Assembly: GCA_013239625.1 (NCBI GenBank)
Contig: MU054001.1
Location: 5,257,078 to 5,321,077 of the forward strand
Origin: Lama guanicoe
Taxonomy: Eukaryota
Length of the DNA: 64,000 nt
Reading direction: 5' to 3'
In this document: positions 1-12,019 of the stretch, in pieces
Layout of the letters: every line of letters begins with the position of its first letter
How positions within the stretch are numbered: position 1 is the stretch's first letter
Notes under the pieces: model-generated
Told to the model about the DNA's origin: nothing
What the model saw: the letters and a program-made list of their open reading frames with translations, nothing else
Databases searched by the model: none
Made by a program: the position numbers and the translations under genes

Positions 1-489
1 CCCTAGCCATGTGGTACCCAACATGGGAGCCAGGGCAGGAGCTTGAAGTGAATCGCAGTGGGCACCTCACTGGAGGGGGCAGCAAGGTTGATTTCCAGAC
101 TAAGCACCGGAGAGACAAGGGAAACAGAGGAGCTTGAGCAGAAGGTAAGGGAGAGGGGTAAGGCCTGTGGGGATGGCAGAGGGAAGGGGCGTTAAAAGGT
201 TCAGGGGAAGAGTGGGGAGGCCCTTCCCAGCCCAAGGCCCCTCAGCCCACCTCTGGTCCCCACATCTCCAGCCCACAGCCTCCAGTCGGTCTGCAGACAT
301 GGCCTGACCCTAAAGCTGGGGAGGCACAGGGTTTCCAGCTTCACTCTAAACACCTCACACAGTCTGCGAGGCCCATGGAGTCCAGCCCTGCCCACCTCCC
401 AGCCTCTTCTCCTACGGCTCAAGCCCTCGCTGCCTCTGCTCTGGCCACACTGAACTTGGAGATACTCTGCAAACACTCCCAGCCAACCT

Positions 490-738
490 CACCTCAAGGT
501 AGAGCCTTCACAGCTGTGTTCCCCAGCCTGCAGGGCTCTCCTTCCAATGACTGACTTCCCTCCCCATCCCGTCCTTGCTCAGCCTTCCTGCAACTCTGGG
601 TCTAGCACTGTCTTCTCACGTCTTTATCTGCAACCCAAATGTCACTTCTCACTCAACGATTCATCAATATTCCCAGCAGGTGAGACAGTGCCCAGCACAC
701 AGTAGGTGCTCAATAAACATTTGTCGTCTGAATAGATG
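490..738 (+). mobile_element. LINE-2 (L2) 3' fragment
   Basis: Ends in the typical L2 tail cagtgcccagcacacagtaggtgctcaataaacatttgtcgtctgaat (686-733); the upstream part is degraded. Confidence 0.7.
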
Positions 739-1376
739 GAACTCCCTGGACTGGTGCCTGCACTTTTGTTGTAACCACCCTCCTGCTTCCTTGTCTTGTC
801 TCCAAGGACTTCGCCCCGTGTCTCTGCACTCTAAAGAGGCCGCCTTGCATGCGTTCCACGGACGCAACACAAGGCCTCTGCTGAGCCTGCGCTGCTGCCA
901 TCCTGCCCCTGCCCTGCATGAAACACACCCAACGCAACACCCTCCCCCCATGCTTGAGCTTCTTCTCCTCCTGGAAGCCTTCCCTGACCACACCAACCTC
1001 TAGGAGTCATTTCTTCCTCTGAGTTCCAGCACCATGGAATCTCCATCCTATTGGATTACCCAGGAACCTTCCAACAGTCCAGATCCCAGCACCCTCTCCC
1101 AGACTTGGATTCAGGATGCCAGGATGGGTCTGGGACAGTTTTTAAGCTCTCCTGGTGGTTCTGTCAGTCAGGTCTGGAACTCTGGTCTGATGGTTCTGCT
1201 TTGTTTGCAGCTCATTTGGACTCTCCCAGTGAGACAATAATCCATTGGCAATGCTATTCACCCCTTCCCCAGTATTCCTCACATTCAAACAAACAGAACA
1301 TGCTCCATTGGTGCCACTTAAGAAAGCACAGGTCACAGAGAGCCAGCAGGAGCCTCCCAAGCGTCGAGCAGGGTGC

Positions 1377-1646
1377 TGGGCACAGCACTGTCAGGAGAGG
1401 AAACTGGTATTTGGAGTCAAGTAGACGTGGGATTGAGCCCTAGCCTTCACATCTATCCCCAAGGTAACTTCAGGCAACCAGCTTCACTCCTGAGCTCCAT
1501 GTCCTTCATTGGAGACTGAGGATGAGTGTAACATCGACCTCTTGGGCTTTCAGTGAGGACTTTGCACCATCTTTCAAGGACAGAGCTTGGCACAGAGCTT
1601 GGCACAGTGCCCGGCACGCAGTAAGTGCTCAGTGAATAGTGGCTAC
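1377..1646 (+). mobile_element. MIR SINE
   Basis: ttggagtcaagtagacgtggg...ctgagctcc core and ggcacgcagtaagtgctcagtgaat tail; contains a 12-bp tandem duplication (acagagcttggc x2, 1580-1603). Confidence 0.75.
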
Positions 1647-2032
1647 TCTTTCTTTTGTTACTAAAGCAAGGTTTCCAAAGAGGTAGAGGGCTCTGCTCCC
1701 CTCTGTGCATGGCCTAGCTGACTCAACAGCATCGTAGGAGCAGGGCTGTCATTGCCCAGCTACTCCACCACCCCACGCCCACCCCTCCAATCCTAACTCA
1801 GGTTGGGGGTCTGCTCAGACAGCTGCATCCCGTCCCAGGGCTCCACTCCCACCCCACCTGCCAATCATGCCACATGCCCGCCTCCCCCCACCCCCAACCC
1901 CAAGAAGCCTGGCGGTGCGGCAGCCTCGTGGCACACGCAGGGCTCACACATGCTCGCCCGGCCGCCCGGCATGTGGGCCCGTGTGCTGCTGTGGCGTGGT
2001 GCCCACTCCCAGGCACAGCTAGGCCAGTGCAC

Positions 2033-2051
2033 GGCCCCGGCAGATGGCAGC
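2033..2051 (+). promoter_or_regulatory. Candidate CTCF site
   Basis: ggccCCGGCAGATGGCAGc fits the CTCF core CCRSYAGRKGGCRS; it lies at the edge of a CpG cluster. Confidence 0.5.
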
Positions 2052-2879
2052 GGGGTGGGGGCCAGGAGAGGAGTGAGAGCTCCTGCTGGTGCTTGAGGTG
2101 AGGGTTGGGGTGGAGGTATCGGCAGGGGGAGGGAAGGAAGCTTGGCAGGCAGGCCAGAGATGCTGTAATGGCTTGTGTCTGTGGAGCGGACTCCCACACT
2201 GCAGTTCCTGGCTGGGTTTTCCCGGGGGCCTGGCTCAAGCCAATCCTGGTCATGACATCCAGGCCATCGCCTGATGAATTGAAGCCTGCAGCTAAGGACA
2301 ATTCTGGGACTGAGAGTCCCCGGATGTGATATTCCTCTTCTTTCAGATCTGAAACCCATCCCCATCTCAACTCAATTCAGTCAAATTCAACAACAATTTG
2401 GGGAGTGTCTGCTCCAGGCCCTGCCCCGAGAACCAGCACGGTGTCCTGGCAGAGTGTGGAACTGAAGTCAGGGCATTTGGGGCTGGTCCCAGCCCTGCCA
2501 CTGGACTATCAGTCTTAGCTCCCAGAGCCTTGGCTAAGGCCCCAGTGGTGGGGTGGAAGTTACAGTGACAGGTATGATAGCTGTGGACGGCCTTGACAAA
2601 CTGTAGGGTGCTTTAGAAATGGTGGGCTCGGTCACACATCCTTAAGGAGAGAAGCAGGTAAAACAAATATCTGAGTGACATCTCAGGGTTTAGGGGTAGG
2701 GGTATGCCATGTGGGTAGAGCTGGGGAAGGTCAAAAAAGGGATGGGAGAATTTTTAGAGACCACTTTGCAAAGCAGCCGTGAGCTTGGGCTCCAAGTCAG
2801 ACAACACGTGTCTTCAGCTCTGGCTCTGCCGAGTGTCAGCTGTGGGATTCTTAGAAAGCCAGCTGAATACTGATGGGTA

Positions 2880-3060
2880 TTTAATATTTATATATTACTC
2901 CATGCAAGGTGTTTTTAGAATTCACTAATACTCTTAACCCCCACAACACCCTTGAAGAGTGGGTGTAATATTATTTCTCCCTTTACAGACGAGGAAAAAA
3001 AATGGAACCCAAGTTATCTAACATCCTCAAGATGGCATCATTAGAATTTTGACCGTGGAG
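2880..3060 (-). mobile_element. MIR SINE
   Basis: ccccacaacacccttgaag...ccctttacagacgaggaaa is the reverse-complemented MIR core. Confidence 0.7.
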
Positions 3061-3299
3061 ATTTGGGCACAATCTATGTAATATTCTCCTTCTTTCACTA
3101 CCTTGTTGTTCTGCTCCTCAAAGAAATTTCTCGTTCATACCTCACCCAACCCCTATATAATCAGCAGTGGAGAAAGTTTCTGTAGGTACCTGGCACTGGT
3201 AGCAGCCTCTTAGGTCCCCAAGGGTTTCAGAGGAGACAGAGTAGAAGCCATGGTGCCCCCTTTCCCCACGGCCCTGCTGACCTCTCCACACTCTTGTCT

Positions 3300-4110
3300 T
3301 CCCCCTGGTTCAGTCCAGCCCCTCTGGCCTCCTTGCTGTTGCTCAAACTGCCCAAGTTCCCTCCCAGTGCAGGTGGGGCCCTCTGTCCCCGCCGTCCCTT
3401 CTCCCTGGGATACTTCCCCTGGTCTTCCGGGGGCTGCTCAACTTTTAGTTCTCGCAACCCAAACGTCAGCTCTTTGGAGATGCCTTCCCTGACACCACCC
3501 CCCACCCCATGCCCTCAGCTCTGAAATGACCTTGCTAGTCTTTTATTTTATTTTATTTTTTAGCGAAGTGTATTTGACTTATGTTAGTTTCAGGTGTACA
3601 ACAAAGCACTTTAGTTATACATGTACATACGTATATTTATACATATATTTCAGATTCTTTTCTGTTATAGCTTATTACAAGAAATTGAATATAGCTCCTT
3701 GTGCTCTACAGGAGGTCCCTGTTGTTTATCTATTTCATACATAGTTATGTGTACATAGTAATCCCAAACCCCTAATTTATCCCTCCCCCACCTTTCCCCT
3801 TTGATAGCCAGTTTGTTTTCTATGTCCGTGAGTGTCTTTCTGGTTTGCAAATAAAACCTGTATCTTGTTTTAGATTCCACATGTAAGTGATACCATATGA
3901 TATTTGTCTTTCTCTTACTTCACTTAATATGATAATCTCTAGGTCCATCCATGTTGCTGTCAGCTTCCTGGTTTTCTAGCTGTCTACCCACAGGAGAAAT
4001 GAGAGCTCTTGGGGGAAAGGAAAGTCTTTGTCCACCTATTGACCCAGTGTGCTCTCCCCAGCCCCGAGGGCAGTGCCACCACGAAGTAGGTGCTCGATTA
4101 AACCTTGTCA
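3300..4110 (+). mobile_element. L2 fragment split by a younger L1 insertion
   Basis: L2 body (ctggcctccttgctgttgctcaaac...gccttccctgac, 3300-3530) resumes at about 3960 and ends gtaggtgctcgattaaa. Confidence 0.7.
3541..3959 (-). mobile_element. L1 3' end (artiodactyl/camelid type), 5'-truncated
   Basis: T-rich tail at 3541, then gtttcaggtgtacaaca...tagattccacatgtaagtgata...ctctaggtccatccatgttgctg. Confidence 0.9.
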
Positions 4111-4824
4111 GCTGCTGTCTGAAACACCCAAGGATGGAGGACACCAGGGGGCGAGAAGAAGGCTGCCTCCAGGCTTCCTCTGCCTCCCCTGATGCTGCAG
4201 GGTCAGGGTGACCTGCTGGAGGAGGATGAGAAACGCCTCTGGCAGCAAACTCTCTTCAGATGCAAGTGGCTCTGAGTCACTGCTCTTCACGGAGACCCCG
4301 GCAGGGTGCCCAGAACTCTGGGCCTGGAGCTCTCTGAGGGTCAGAGCCCCCCCACCCCCGCCTGAGTCACCGAGCGCCCCCTCGCTGGTCTGAGCAGGCA
4401 CAGCAGGGAGACCTTTGGGCCCCATTTGATGCTTCCACCTAAACACCGTCTCCAAGCCCAGAACGCTTTCTCCCGGGAGGCCCTTCCATTGGAATTATGT
4501 GCTTGCTGTGTCAGAAGCCGCAAGCCGAGGAGGGAGAATAAGAGCTATTTGGAGTTGCCAGAGAGTCCTCCACCACTTGGGAGAGTAAGTATCGCACCCC
4601 TGTAGCAGGACTTTGCCGTGGGCGTGTGGGCGTGGGCAGCTAGGGGGCCTGCAGTGTTTTTCATCACATCCTGAGTCTCCAAACACCACCAGTCCAGATG
4701 CAGGAACAGGGACCACATGCAATTCCAAGTCACTTTACTTTGCTTTTCTGGTGGTTCTCTGCCTCCTTGGATTCTCCTCCCTCTGTGCTTCTCCTCTGCT
4801 CCAGAAGAGCCCTACTCTACGGCC

Positions 4825-5022
4825 TAGTTTCTAATTAGTAGCTGTGTGATCTTGGGCAAGTTACTTAACCTCTTTGTACTTCAATTTCTTCATTGTTAAG
4901 TGGAAATATTAATAAAAATATCTGCCTCACAGAATTGCAATGACTTACTCTGATAATGTATGTAAAGCACTTAGATCAATGCCTAACACAGAGTAAGCAC
5001 TTAAGAATTCTTGTTGCTGTTA
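4825..5022 (+). mobile_element. MIR SINE
   Basis: agctgtgtgatcttgggcaagttacttaacctctttgtacttcaatttcttcat core, with a gtaagcactt tail. Confidence 0.9.
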
Positions 5023-5028
5023 TGGTTA

Positions 5029-5380
5029 CTGTTAGTTGAGGAAATAATAATAATAATAAATAAGTCCCCAAATCTTGATGACTTAACAAAGTGAAGGCTT
5101 GTTTCTTGCTTGTATCAGAGATCCAAGGGATCTAGGCTCTTTCCACAAAATGGCTACCGCTTCCGAATCTCATTATTCAGCTGTTGAGAAGGGAAAGAAG
5201 ACAGGAAGCTCTCACTCATGAGAGCTGGGCATCAGGTCTGGAGCTGCTACCATGCCCCCTCACATTGGCTGGAACTCAGTCATGTGGTCTTGCCTAGCTG
5301 CAGAGAATGCTGGGAAATGTAGTCTAGCTGAGTGTGCAGAGCGAAGAGGGTGGCTTGGTGGACAACTGGTCTCTGCTACA
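5029..5380 (-). mobile_element. MaLR solo LTR (MLT1J/K-like)
   Basis: cacattggctggaactcagtcatgtgg...gctgggaaatgtagtctagctg...tctctgctaca. Confidence 0.75.
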
Positions 5381-5829
5381 ATTATTCTTTTTTTTATTAT
5401 CATGCCACACTCCCAGCCAGAAACTATTCCATGACACTTCCGCGTCCACAGTTAAAGCTCCTGCTTGCCTCCGCCTACCTCATTTCAACACTGCCCTACC
5501 TCTTAACCCCATCTTCACTTCTCTCCAATATACAGCTGCTCCAGCCAAACCAACAACCTGCATATCCAATGAGGGTACAAAAAAATGTGGATTGAGACAT
5601 GAGGACAGGAACCATTTCACTGTGACCATTGTGGGCAAAAGCCACGCCAAGTTTTACTTTGCGTTGCCACCTCCCAACACTATTTGAGGAATACAGTCAG
5701 TGGCTAAGAAATGCTAATTGATTAAATCAATGTCTTTATCTCAAAGACATTCTGAGTGATTTGCTCATTGATCTGGGCAGCACAAGCATGATGATAAATG
5801 GCACTGATCCTCAGCTTCAGCAGGAGGGA

Positions 5830-6085
5830 ATCATTTGGGAATGGTGGGGACTACGGTGAATTGATGATGCACAAATACTTGAGAGCCCTGTGGTGATGTA
5901 TTTCCAGTGGACTGTGGCCATTTAGAAGCCAAGCATTGCCAAATTGTGTCATTTTGTTTCTAAGGCAAGAAAGGTGGAATTTTTATGTGTAATTACTGGG
6001 CTTTTTAAACATAAGTTTAACAATGCTAAAGACCACTGCAAAAATACAGTATGGGGAAAAAAGCCCACAAAGTGGGCCAAAGAGA
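5830..6085 (-). mobile_element. MER102-like hAT-Charlie relic
   Basis: gggaatggtggggactacggtgaattg is the reverse complement of the MER102 motif cagttcgccacagtccccaccactccc; homologous to the copy at 36625-36972. Confidence 0.6.
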
Positions 6086-6368
6086 ACAGATCTTCAGGGT
6101 GATGCCAGCCCAAAGCTACCGCTCTGCAGCTTCTGCTGTAGACATGTCTGCATGGAGGGGAAGACATGGCATAGCAATTTCAATGGACCAAAACTGATGT
6201 GTATTAAAACAAATAAACAGGGAGTCCATGGAGAAAACAGATCTGGACTCTTTGACAGTGACCCAAATGTGTCTTCAGGTAAGAATTCTAGGTATTTCTT
6301 TTTGCTCTTTCAGATATCCAGCTTTTGGGTAAATCACTTTTTTTTTCCCTTCTCCAACTCATGGGCAC

Positions 6369-6951
6369 TGTATTAGTCAGGGTTCTCCAGGGAAACAGAA
6401 CCAATAGGATATATGCATATATATTGGCTCTGTTTCCCTGGAGAAACCAACATCTATTTATTTATCCATAAGAGATTTATTATAAGGAATTGGCTCACAC
6501 AATTAGGGAGGCTGAGAAGTCCCAAGATCTGCAGTTGGCAAGCTGGAGACCCGGCCAAGGCAGTGATGTAGTTCAGATCTGAGTCCGAAGGCCTAAGAAC
6601 CAGGAGAGATGATGGTCCTAAGCTCCAGTCCAAATTCCAGCAGACCGGGGATCCAAGAAGAGCTAATGTTTCAGTTCAAGTCCGAAGGCAGGAAAAGACC
6701 CATCCATGTCCCAGCTCACCAGTTAGGTGGGAGGGGTTTCCTCTTTTCAGTCTATATGTTCCCATCAGGTCTTCAAATTCTTGGATGGAACTCCTCCCAC
6801 ATTAAGGAGGGCACCTGCTTTACTCAGTCTACTGATCCCAGTGTTAATCTCACCCAGAAACACCCTGACAGCTACACCCAGGAAAACAATTGACCAAACG
6901 TCTGGGCACCCAGTGGTCCAATCAAGTTGATACAGAAAATGAAACATCAGA
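6369..6951 (-). mobile_element. MLT2 (ERVL) solo LTR
   Basis: tgtattagtcagggttctccag...aaggaattggctcacac...ctgctttactcagtctactgat...caagttga; 5-bp TSD GGCAC (6364-6368) / GGAAC (6952-6956). Confidence 0.9.
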
Positions 6952-7884
6952 GGAACCTCCCAAGGCTCTTACCTCATCTGCTTTCAAATTCGGAGATGGC
7001 GTGGTGCAGTCCAGTGCTCTGAGTTCTAATCCCAACTCTGTTACCAGCTCACTCTATACTCCCTGTCACCCAGATCTCCCGATCGCTGTGCCCCCACCCC
7101 TCCTGTTATTCATACCTGTGAAGAGAGAGAGTTGAATTCCGTGGGCCACCAGGTCTCCTTGCTCTTAGCACTTCCTCCCATAGGCTGCTGAGTGGACTTG
7201 AAATCAAAGCAGACCACATTTACCAGACACATTGCTGGTGACTTTATTGAGTAATTTGTACAAAACCTCCAAGAATAATTTATTCACCTAGTGGTGTGAG
7301 CCCAGGGAAAGAAAATCAATAGAACAGTGTCTCAGTCATTTTTATTTTCTAAACCTCGAAGAGATTTTTATTCCATTTCAGATTTCTTTCAGGCACCTTA
7401 CCCTACAATGTGTCTTTATGGTCAACTTTCACAATGCCTAAAAAGACTTATTTCAGGGACTGAAGCCCTGCCTCTCCTGGCAACTGCAGGAGAGGTCCCT
7501 CCCCGGAGCAGACTGTCCCAGGGCTTATTGTGACACTTGAGAGATTACTGGAGGAGAGGGGAGAAGGTTTAGAGAGAAAGTAACATTCTCTGTCTCTGAC
7601 TCCTCTCAAAGTCATTCTGGGAAGAAATTTAAAGGCCACTTGTTTCTTTTCAATTGCCACCTCTCCAAACAACTTAAAGTTGTTACACTCAATTCTCTTC
7701 CATCAAGGTAATGGGCAAACTGACACTTTGCTTAAACGGACTCACCGCTCTGGCTGACTATAAAGAATATCCATTGAGCTTTTGTTTCTTTTCTGCAGGA
7801 AGTGGAGAGAGCATCACCAGCCTGGGAGATTCAGGGTTTCTTTTACCTTCTTCCCCTAGCAGGTCAGGTGAGAAGCAAAATGAG

Positions 7885-8050
7885 AGGGAAAGATTTTGGA
7901 TTAAGCAGACCCAGTTTCTAGTCCTAGCACTGTCACTCACCAGGTTTGAATAGGAGACAATTGCATCAAGCCTCATTTTTTCCTCATCTGTAAAATGGGT
8001 ATCATACTTTCTATCGACTTTCTTTACAGAGCTGTATGAGGATTACACAA
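7885..8050 (+). mobile_element. MIR SINE
   Basis: gcctcatttttcctcatctgtaaaatggg core. Confidence 0.8.
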
Positions 8051-8224
8051 ACTAACATCTGCACCTGCTAGGTTTCTTGGTTGCAAGCAACAGAAAACAA
8101 CTCTGCCTGCCTGAGCAAAAATAGATCCACTGGGAGCATCATTGGGGTTCCCAGGGTCCACAGGACACTGTAAAATCAAGACTGGATGCCAATGGAGCCA
8201 CAGCTTTTTTGCCCCATTACACAC

Positions 8225-8345
8225 CTGCTAAGTCCCAGCTCCAAATCTATGCTTCTGTACTCCCTTCCGTGATGCTGGGGCTCTGACTCTCCAAACTACA
8301 CCCCTCCTGTTGAGTTCTGTCCATAGAGGTCACTAGAGAGGGAGT
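8225..8345 (+). mobile_element. LTR33-like fragment
   Basis: cccagctccaaat...gtgatgctggggct...ttctgtccatagaggtcactagagaggga. Confidence 0.55.
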
Positions 8346-8349
8346 CCCT

Positions 8350-8538
8350 TCTCTCCTCGTGTCTCAGTTATCCCTCTGCCTTTCTCTTATAAGGCTACCT
8401 GTCATTGCATGTAGGGCTCACCCTAAATCTAGAAGGACATCATCCCACAGCCTTTCACTGAATTACTTCTGCAAAGACCCTTTTCCCAAATAATACCACA
8501 TTCACAGGTTTCAGGTGAACACATCAACCCACTGTCAA
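8350..8538 (-). mobile_element. MLT1 LTR 5' fragment
   Basis: ctcttataagg...tagggctcaccctaaatc...tctgcaaagacccttttcccaaataa...cacattcacagg. Confidence 0.75.
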
Positions 8539-9269
8539 TCGTTACAGCCCTTTCATCTTTCTAATTAGTTTCTCAATCCCCTTCACCTCTGTAATTAGGA
8601 GAACAGTTAAAATCTCCCTCTTAAGGCCTCTCCCAATCGTGGCTTTTCCTAGAAATCCTAGGGGGAGTAGATGGTCCACCCAGTTCTCCACTAGAGATGG
8701 ATCAGTCCCCCTCTGCTGTGGACCATCCACCAATACACTGAGGGCACCTCACGTCCAGGATGCTGGCTGCCTGCTGCAGAACCGCCCCCCATCTAGATCC
8801 CTGTAGAGGCGCTCTTGTTTGGGGCAGAAGGGCAGCAGTGTCACTCCTTTGGTGACAAGCTTGGTCCAGCGCTCCCTAGAATTAGGTATGCAAGAATGCA
8901 GCTCATATCTCTCCCCAGCCTACCACCTCCAGAGCCTCAGGCAGCTCCTGCGACCCTGGGTCAGCCCTGCATCCATTTCTTACCACCTCTTAGGACCAGA
9001 GCCACCTTTCACTACCTCCCAGGGATCCTCTCCTCTGGGACAAGCCTGTTTCCCTCTTTACTCTCAAAGCATCAAGGGTCTGACTACATAACCCTCCTTC
9101 CACAGACCCTGGACCACAGCCTTTCCTCCTGAAGGAGGCTCCAGTTGAATCCAAGCCATCTATACCTACTCTTTGGAGGCGGAGGGGGAGAGGGGAGTGT
9201 GACCTTTAACAATTGCAAGGTGGTTTGCTGGCTCTAAATAGAAGGAGGAAATCCCGCAAGTTTAATCTC

Positions 9270-9505
9270 TGGTAAAGCATACATCCAAGGATTACACGTT
9301 ATGATGTAAAACATCAAATTGCAAAATAGCACAGTGTGGTCCCATTTCAAGTAGAGAGATGTAGATCTTACAATGATATCGCTAAATTATTTATAGCAAT
9401 TCTTTCTAGGTGATGCAGTTATGGACTATTTTTATGTTCCTCATTTTCTTATCTACGTTTGCCAAGTTTTCCTCAATGAGCAGATATCACTTTTGTAATA
9501 AGATG
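9270..9505 (+). mobile_element. Ancient L1 (L1ME-like) 3' UTR fragment
   Basis: ttgcaaaatagcac...tttttatgttcctc...atcacttttgtaataag. Confidence 0.55.
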
Positions 9506-9539
9506 TTTAAGGTTGTATAAAAAATGACACTAGCACCTT

Positions 9540-9725
9540 GCAGTCACATAGTGCTTTGCTGCGTCTCACATCTCTAATCTAATTTTCTATCTGTGAGGGT
9601 AGGAGGGCAGGTATTTTTATCTGGTTTTATAGATGGGGACTCTGAGGAACAAAGTGTGAGATGTGACCTGCCCGAGGTCTAGGACCAGGACAAGGCGCAG
9701 CTGCCGGCTCCCAGTTCAGGTGGCT
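9540..9725 (-). mobile_element. MIR SINE
   Basis: ttttatagatggggactctgagg...gtgacctgcccgaggtc. Confidence 0.7.
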
Positions 9726-10269
9726 TCCCCTGCACCTGGAGCAAGACGGCGGTGGATATGAATTCTGAAAGAAGGGCTCCAGAAACTGTGAATTCATACA
9801 GTCAGGACACCATGATGTCAAAGGCAACAATGCCCTCGGCTTTGGCCAGTTGGGAAGCTGGTAGGACAGTGGGAGAAGTAAGCCTGCTGATTCTGGAGCC
9901 CCAGAAAGGGAAGGAGGACTTAATGCTCAACAGGAAGGAAAGATGGGAGGTGACTCTCCACATGGGATGCTCATCTGATGTAAGGTGAGCCTGAGGTGTG
10001 AGCTGAGAAATGTGCAGGTGCTGTGAACTCTCAGGGGATAACTGCCAAGTTCTCACGTAAGTAGGAGACTGCTATGGATCCACTGTTTCCTTGAACCATC
10101 AGGCATCCCCAGAAAGGCAGGCAGGAAATGTCCTCCTTCCCTAGACGTGCCTCCCAGTTCTTCCTCAAGGAGCCGGGATGAAGATGGACAAGGGCATATA
10201 TTCTCAAAGCACTCGGCATCAACACGCAGTGCCAGACTCAGGGTACCAACCATTCCTGAATTCTTTCAT

Positions 10270-10440
10270 CCAAACACGCAGCCCCCATGAGACAGGCATG
10301 ACATATGTAATCATACCCATTTTACCAATGAGGAAACCGAGGCTCTGGCCCTGACTTGCCAAGTTCACATTAGTGAACAGCCAGGCAAGGACTTGAACCT
10401 GAGTCTCCTGGCTCCCAATTCAGAACACCCTCTGCTCCAC
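10270..10440 (-). mobile_element. MIR SINE
   Basis: cccattttaccaatgaggaaaccgaggct...ggacttgaacctgagtct. Confidence 0.8.
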
Positions 10441-11239
10441 ACGTTGGACCACTTCAGAGACACCTGCATTTGCTCTTTTGCTACTAAATTGTCCTGAGGC
10501 AACGTTACATGAACATTATAGGAAACTATTCCAAGTGCACTAATTAACTCCCAGGGACTTAGCATTCCACAGAACTCCAAACCACTCCAGGTTCTGAGCT
10601 ATCCCACAGCAGATGTAAGTAGAGAGTGAGGACAAAGTTAAGGCAACGTTCAGATGGGATACAGATGAGCAGGAGGCAGCGACAGTGTCGGACTAATCGC
10701 TGTTTTAATTAGAACTTGTTTTGTTGCAGGGGAGAGAAACCTAGCCTGGATCTGCTCAGGCAGGGTGTTTGAGAAGGACGGAGAATAGCCTTGTGTAGCC
10801 CTGGAGCACTAGGGCTTCAGCTGGGTCTCAGGGCCAGCTGGATCAGGGTGTGAACATCCCCAGGGCTACCTCACTGGTTCTCTCTCTTTGCCCACTTTTT
10901 ATTTCCGTTTCTCTTTAAATGTGTTGACTTGATTGTTTCTTGCTCCCTTCACCTGGGAAGGGTGGGGTCTGTGCGGATAGCTTCCAGATTTACTTCTCTT
11001 AAGCATCCACCACCAGAGAAAGGCTGAACTACCATTAAATCCTGGATAAGAAACATGATTGGCTTATCTGGAATTGGACGCTTACCCCTAGTCCAATTAA
11101 CAAGACCAGGACAACAGAGTCTCACTGCAGGCTGGGAATATCCAGAGAAGAAGCATTGTTGAGGGTTGACCGTATTTGGCTTCCAGGTGGATTTCTCATT
11201 TTTGACGACCATGTACAGCATGACCTATGCTGGTCTCAT

Positions 11240-11425
11240 TTCTTATATGATCTCATCTGTCTTCCCACCTACCCTGTGAAGTAGCCATCATCACCCCAAT
11301 TAACAGAAGAGAAAGCTGAGACCCAGAGAGGTTCAGTGACTTGCTCCCATACTGAGCTGGTGAGTGATGGAGCCAAGATTGAAAACCATTTCCATTCGGC
11401 TCCAAAGCATGTTCCCTTCCCTACC
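11240..11425 (-). mobile_element. MIR SINE
   Basis: accctgtgaagtag...gctgagacccagagaggttcagtgacttgc...ggagccaagattgaaaacc. Confidence 0.85.
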
Positions 11426-11699
11426 TCATAGTGTCTCTTTAACTTAATAAGCATTTAAAGAGCACTTACTGTACAAAATACTGTGAGGCATAAGTACAGT
11501 AGTCTGAACTGATGCCTGCCTTCCTAGAGTCTATTTGGATGACCTCACTCAACCCCAAGAAGCTGTAATAGTAGCAGAGAAGTTACACACAAGATACCAG
11601 GTGCCACACAGTGGAGGGAAGGAAAGGAAATGTGCACTTACTGAGTACCGACTGTGTGCCAGGCCCTGTGCTGAACATTTTCACATTTATCCTCTAGAC

Positions 11700-11905
11700 C
11701 TGCACTACTAGGGTAGCCACCAGTCACGTATGGCTGTTTTAACTTAAATCTATTAAAATTAAATACAGTGTAATTTAATTTTCACTTCCTGTCCCTAGCC
11801 ACATTCCAGGTACTCAAGAGCCACGTGTGACTAGTGGCTACCATTTTGGACAGCCCAGATATGAATTATTTCTATCATAACAGAAAGTTCTATTCCTCAG
11901 CACTG
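11700..11905 (-). mobile_element. MER3 (hAT-Charlie MITE)
   Basis: ggtagccaccagtcacgtatggct...tagtggctaccattttggacagc...cagaaagttctatt; flanks ctctagac / gtctggat resemble the 8-bp NTCTAGAN hAT target. Confidence 0.85.
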
Positions 11906-12019
11906 GTCTGGATTGGAAACTCTGTGACAGTACCTGATGGGTCTGCTTTTTGATCCCCATTTTATGTCCAACACCTTCAACAGTACCTGACATACGATAG
12001 GCGCTCAATAATTACATGA

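Noticed and set aside
99..150. Possible small exon ending AAG|GTAAGG
   Set aside because: Weak polypyrimidine tract, unrecognised peptide and no partner exons.
1798..2370. 190-aa and 166-aa minus-strand ORFs
   Set aside because: Overlapping ORFs occur in many frames because GC-rich sequence has few stops; no recognisable protein family.
8798..8815. CTCF-like cctgtagaggcgc
   Set aside because: The AG-to-GGC spacing is one base short of the consensus.
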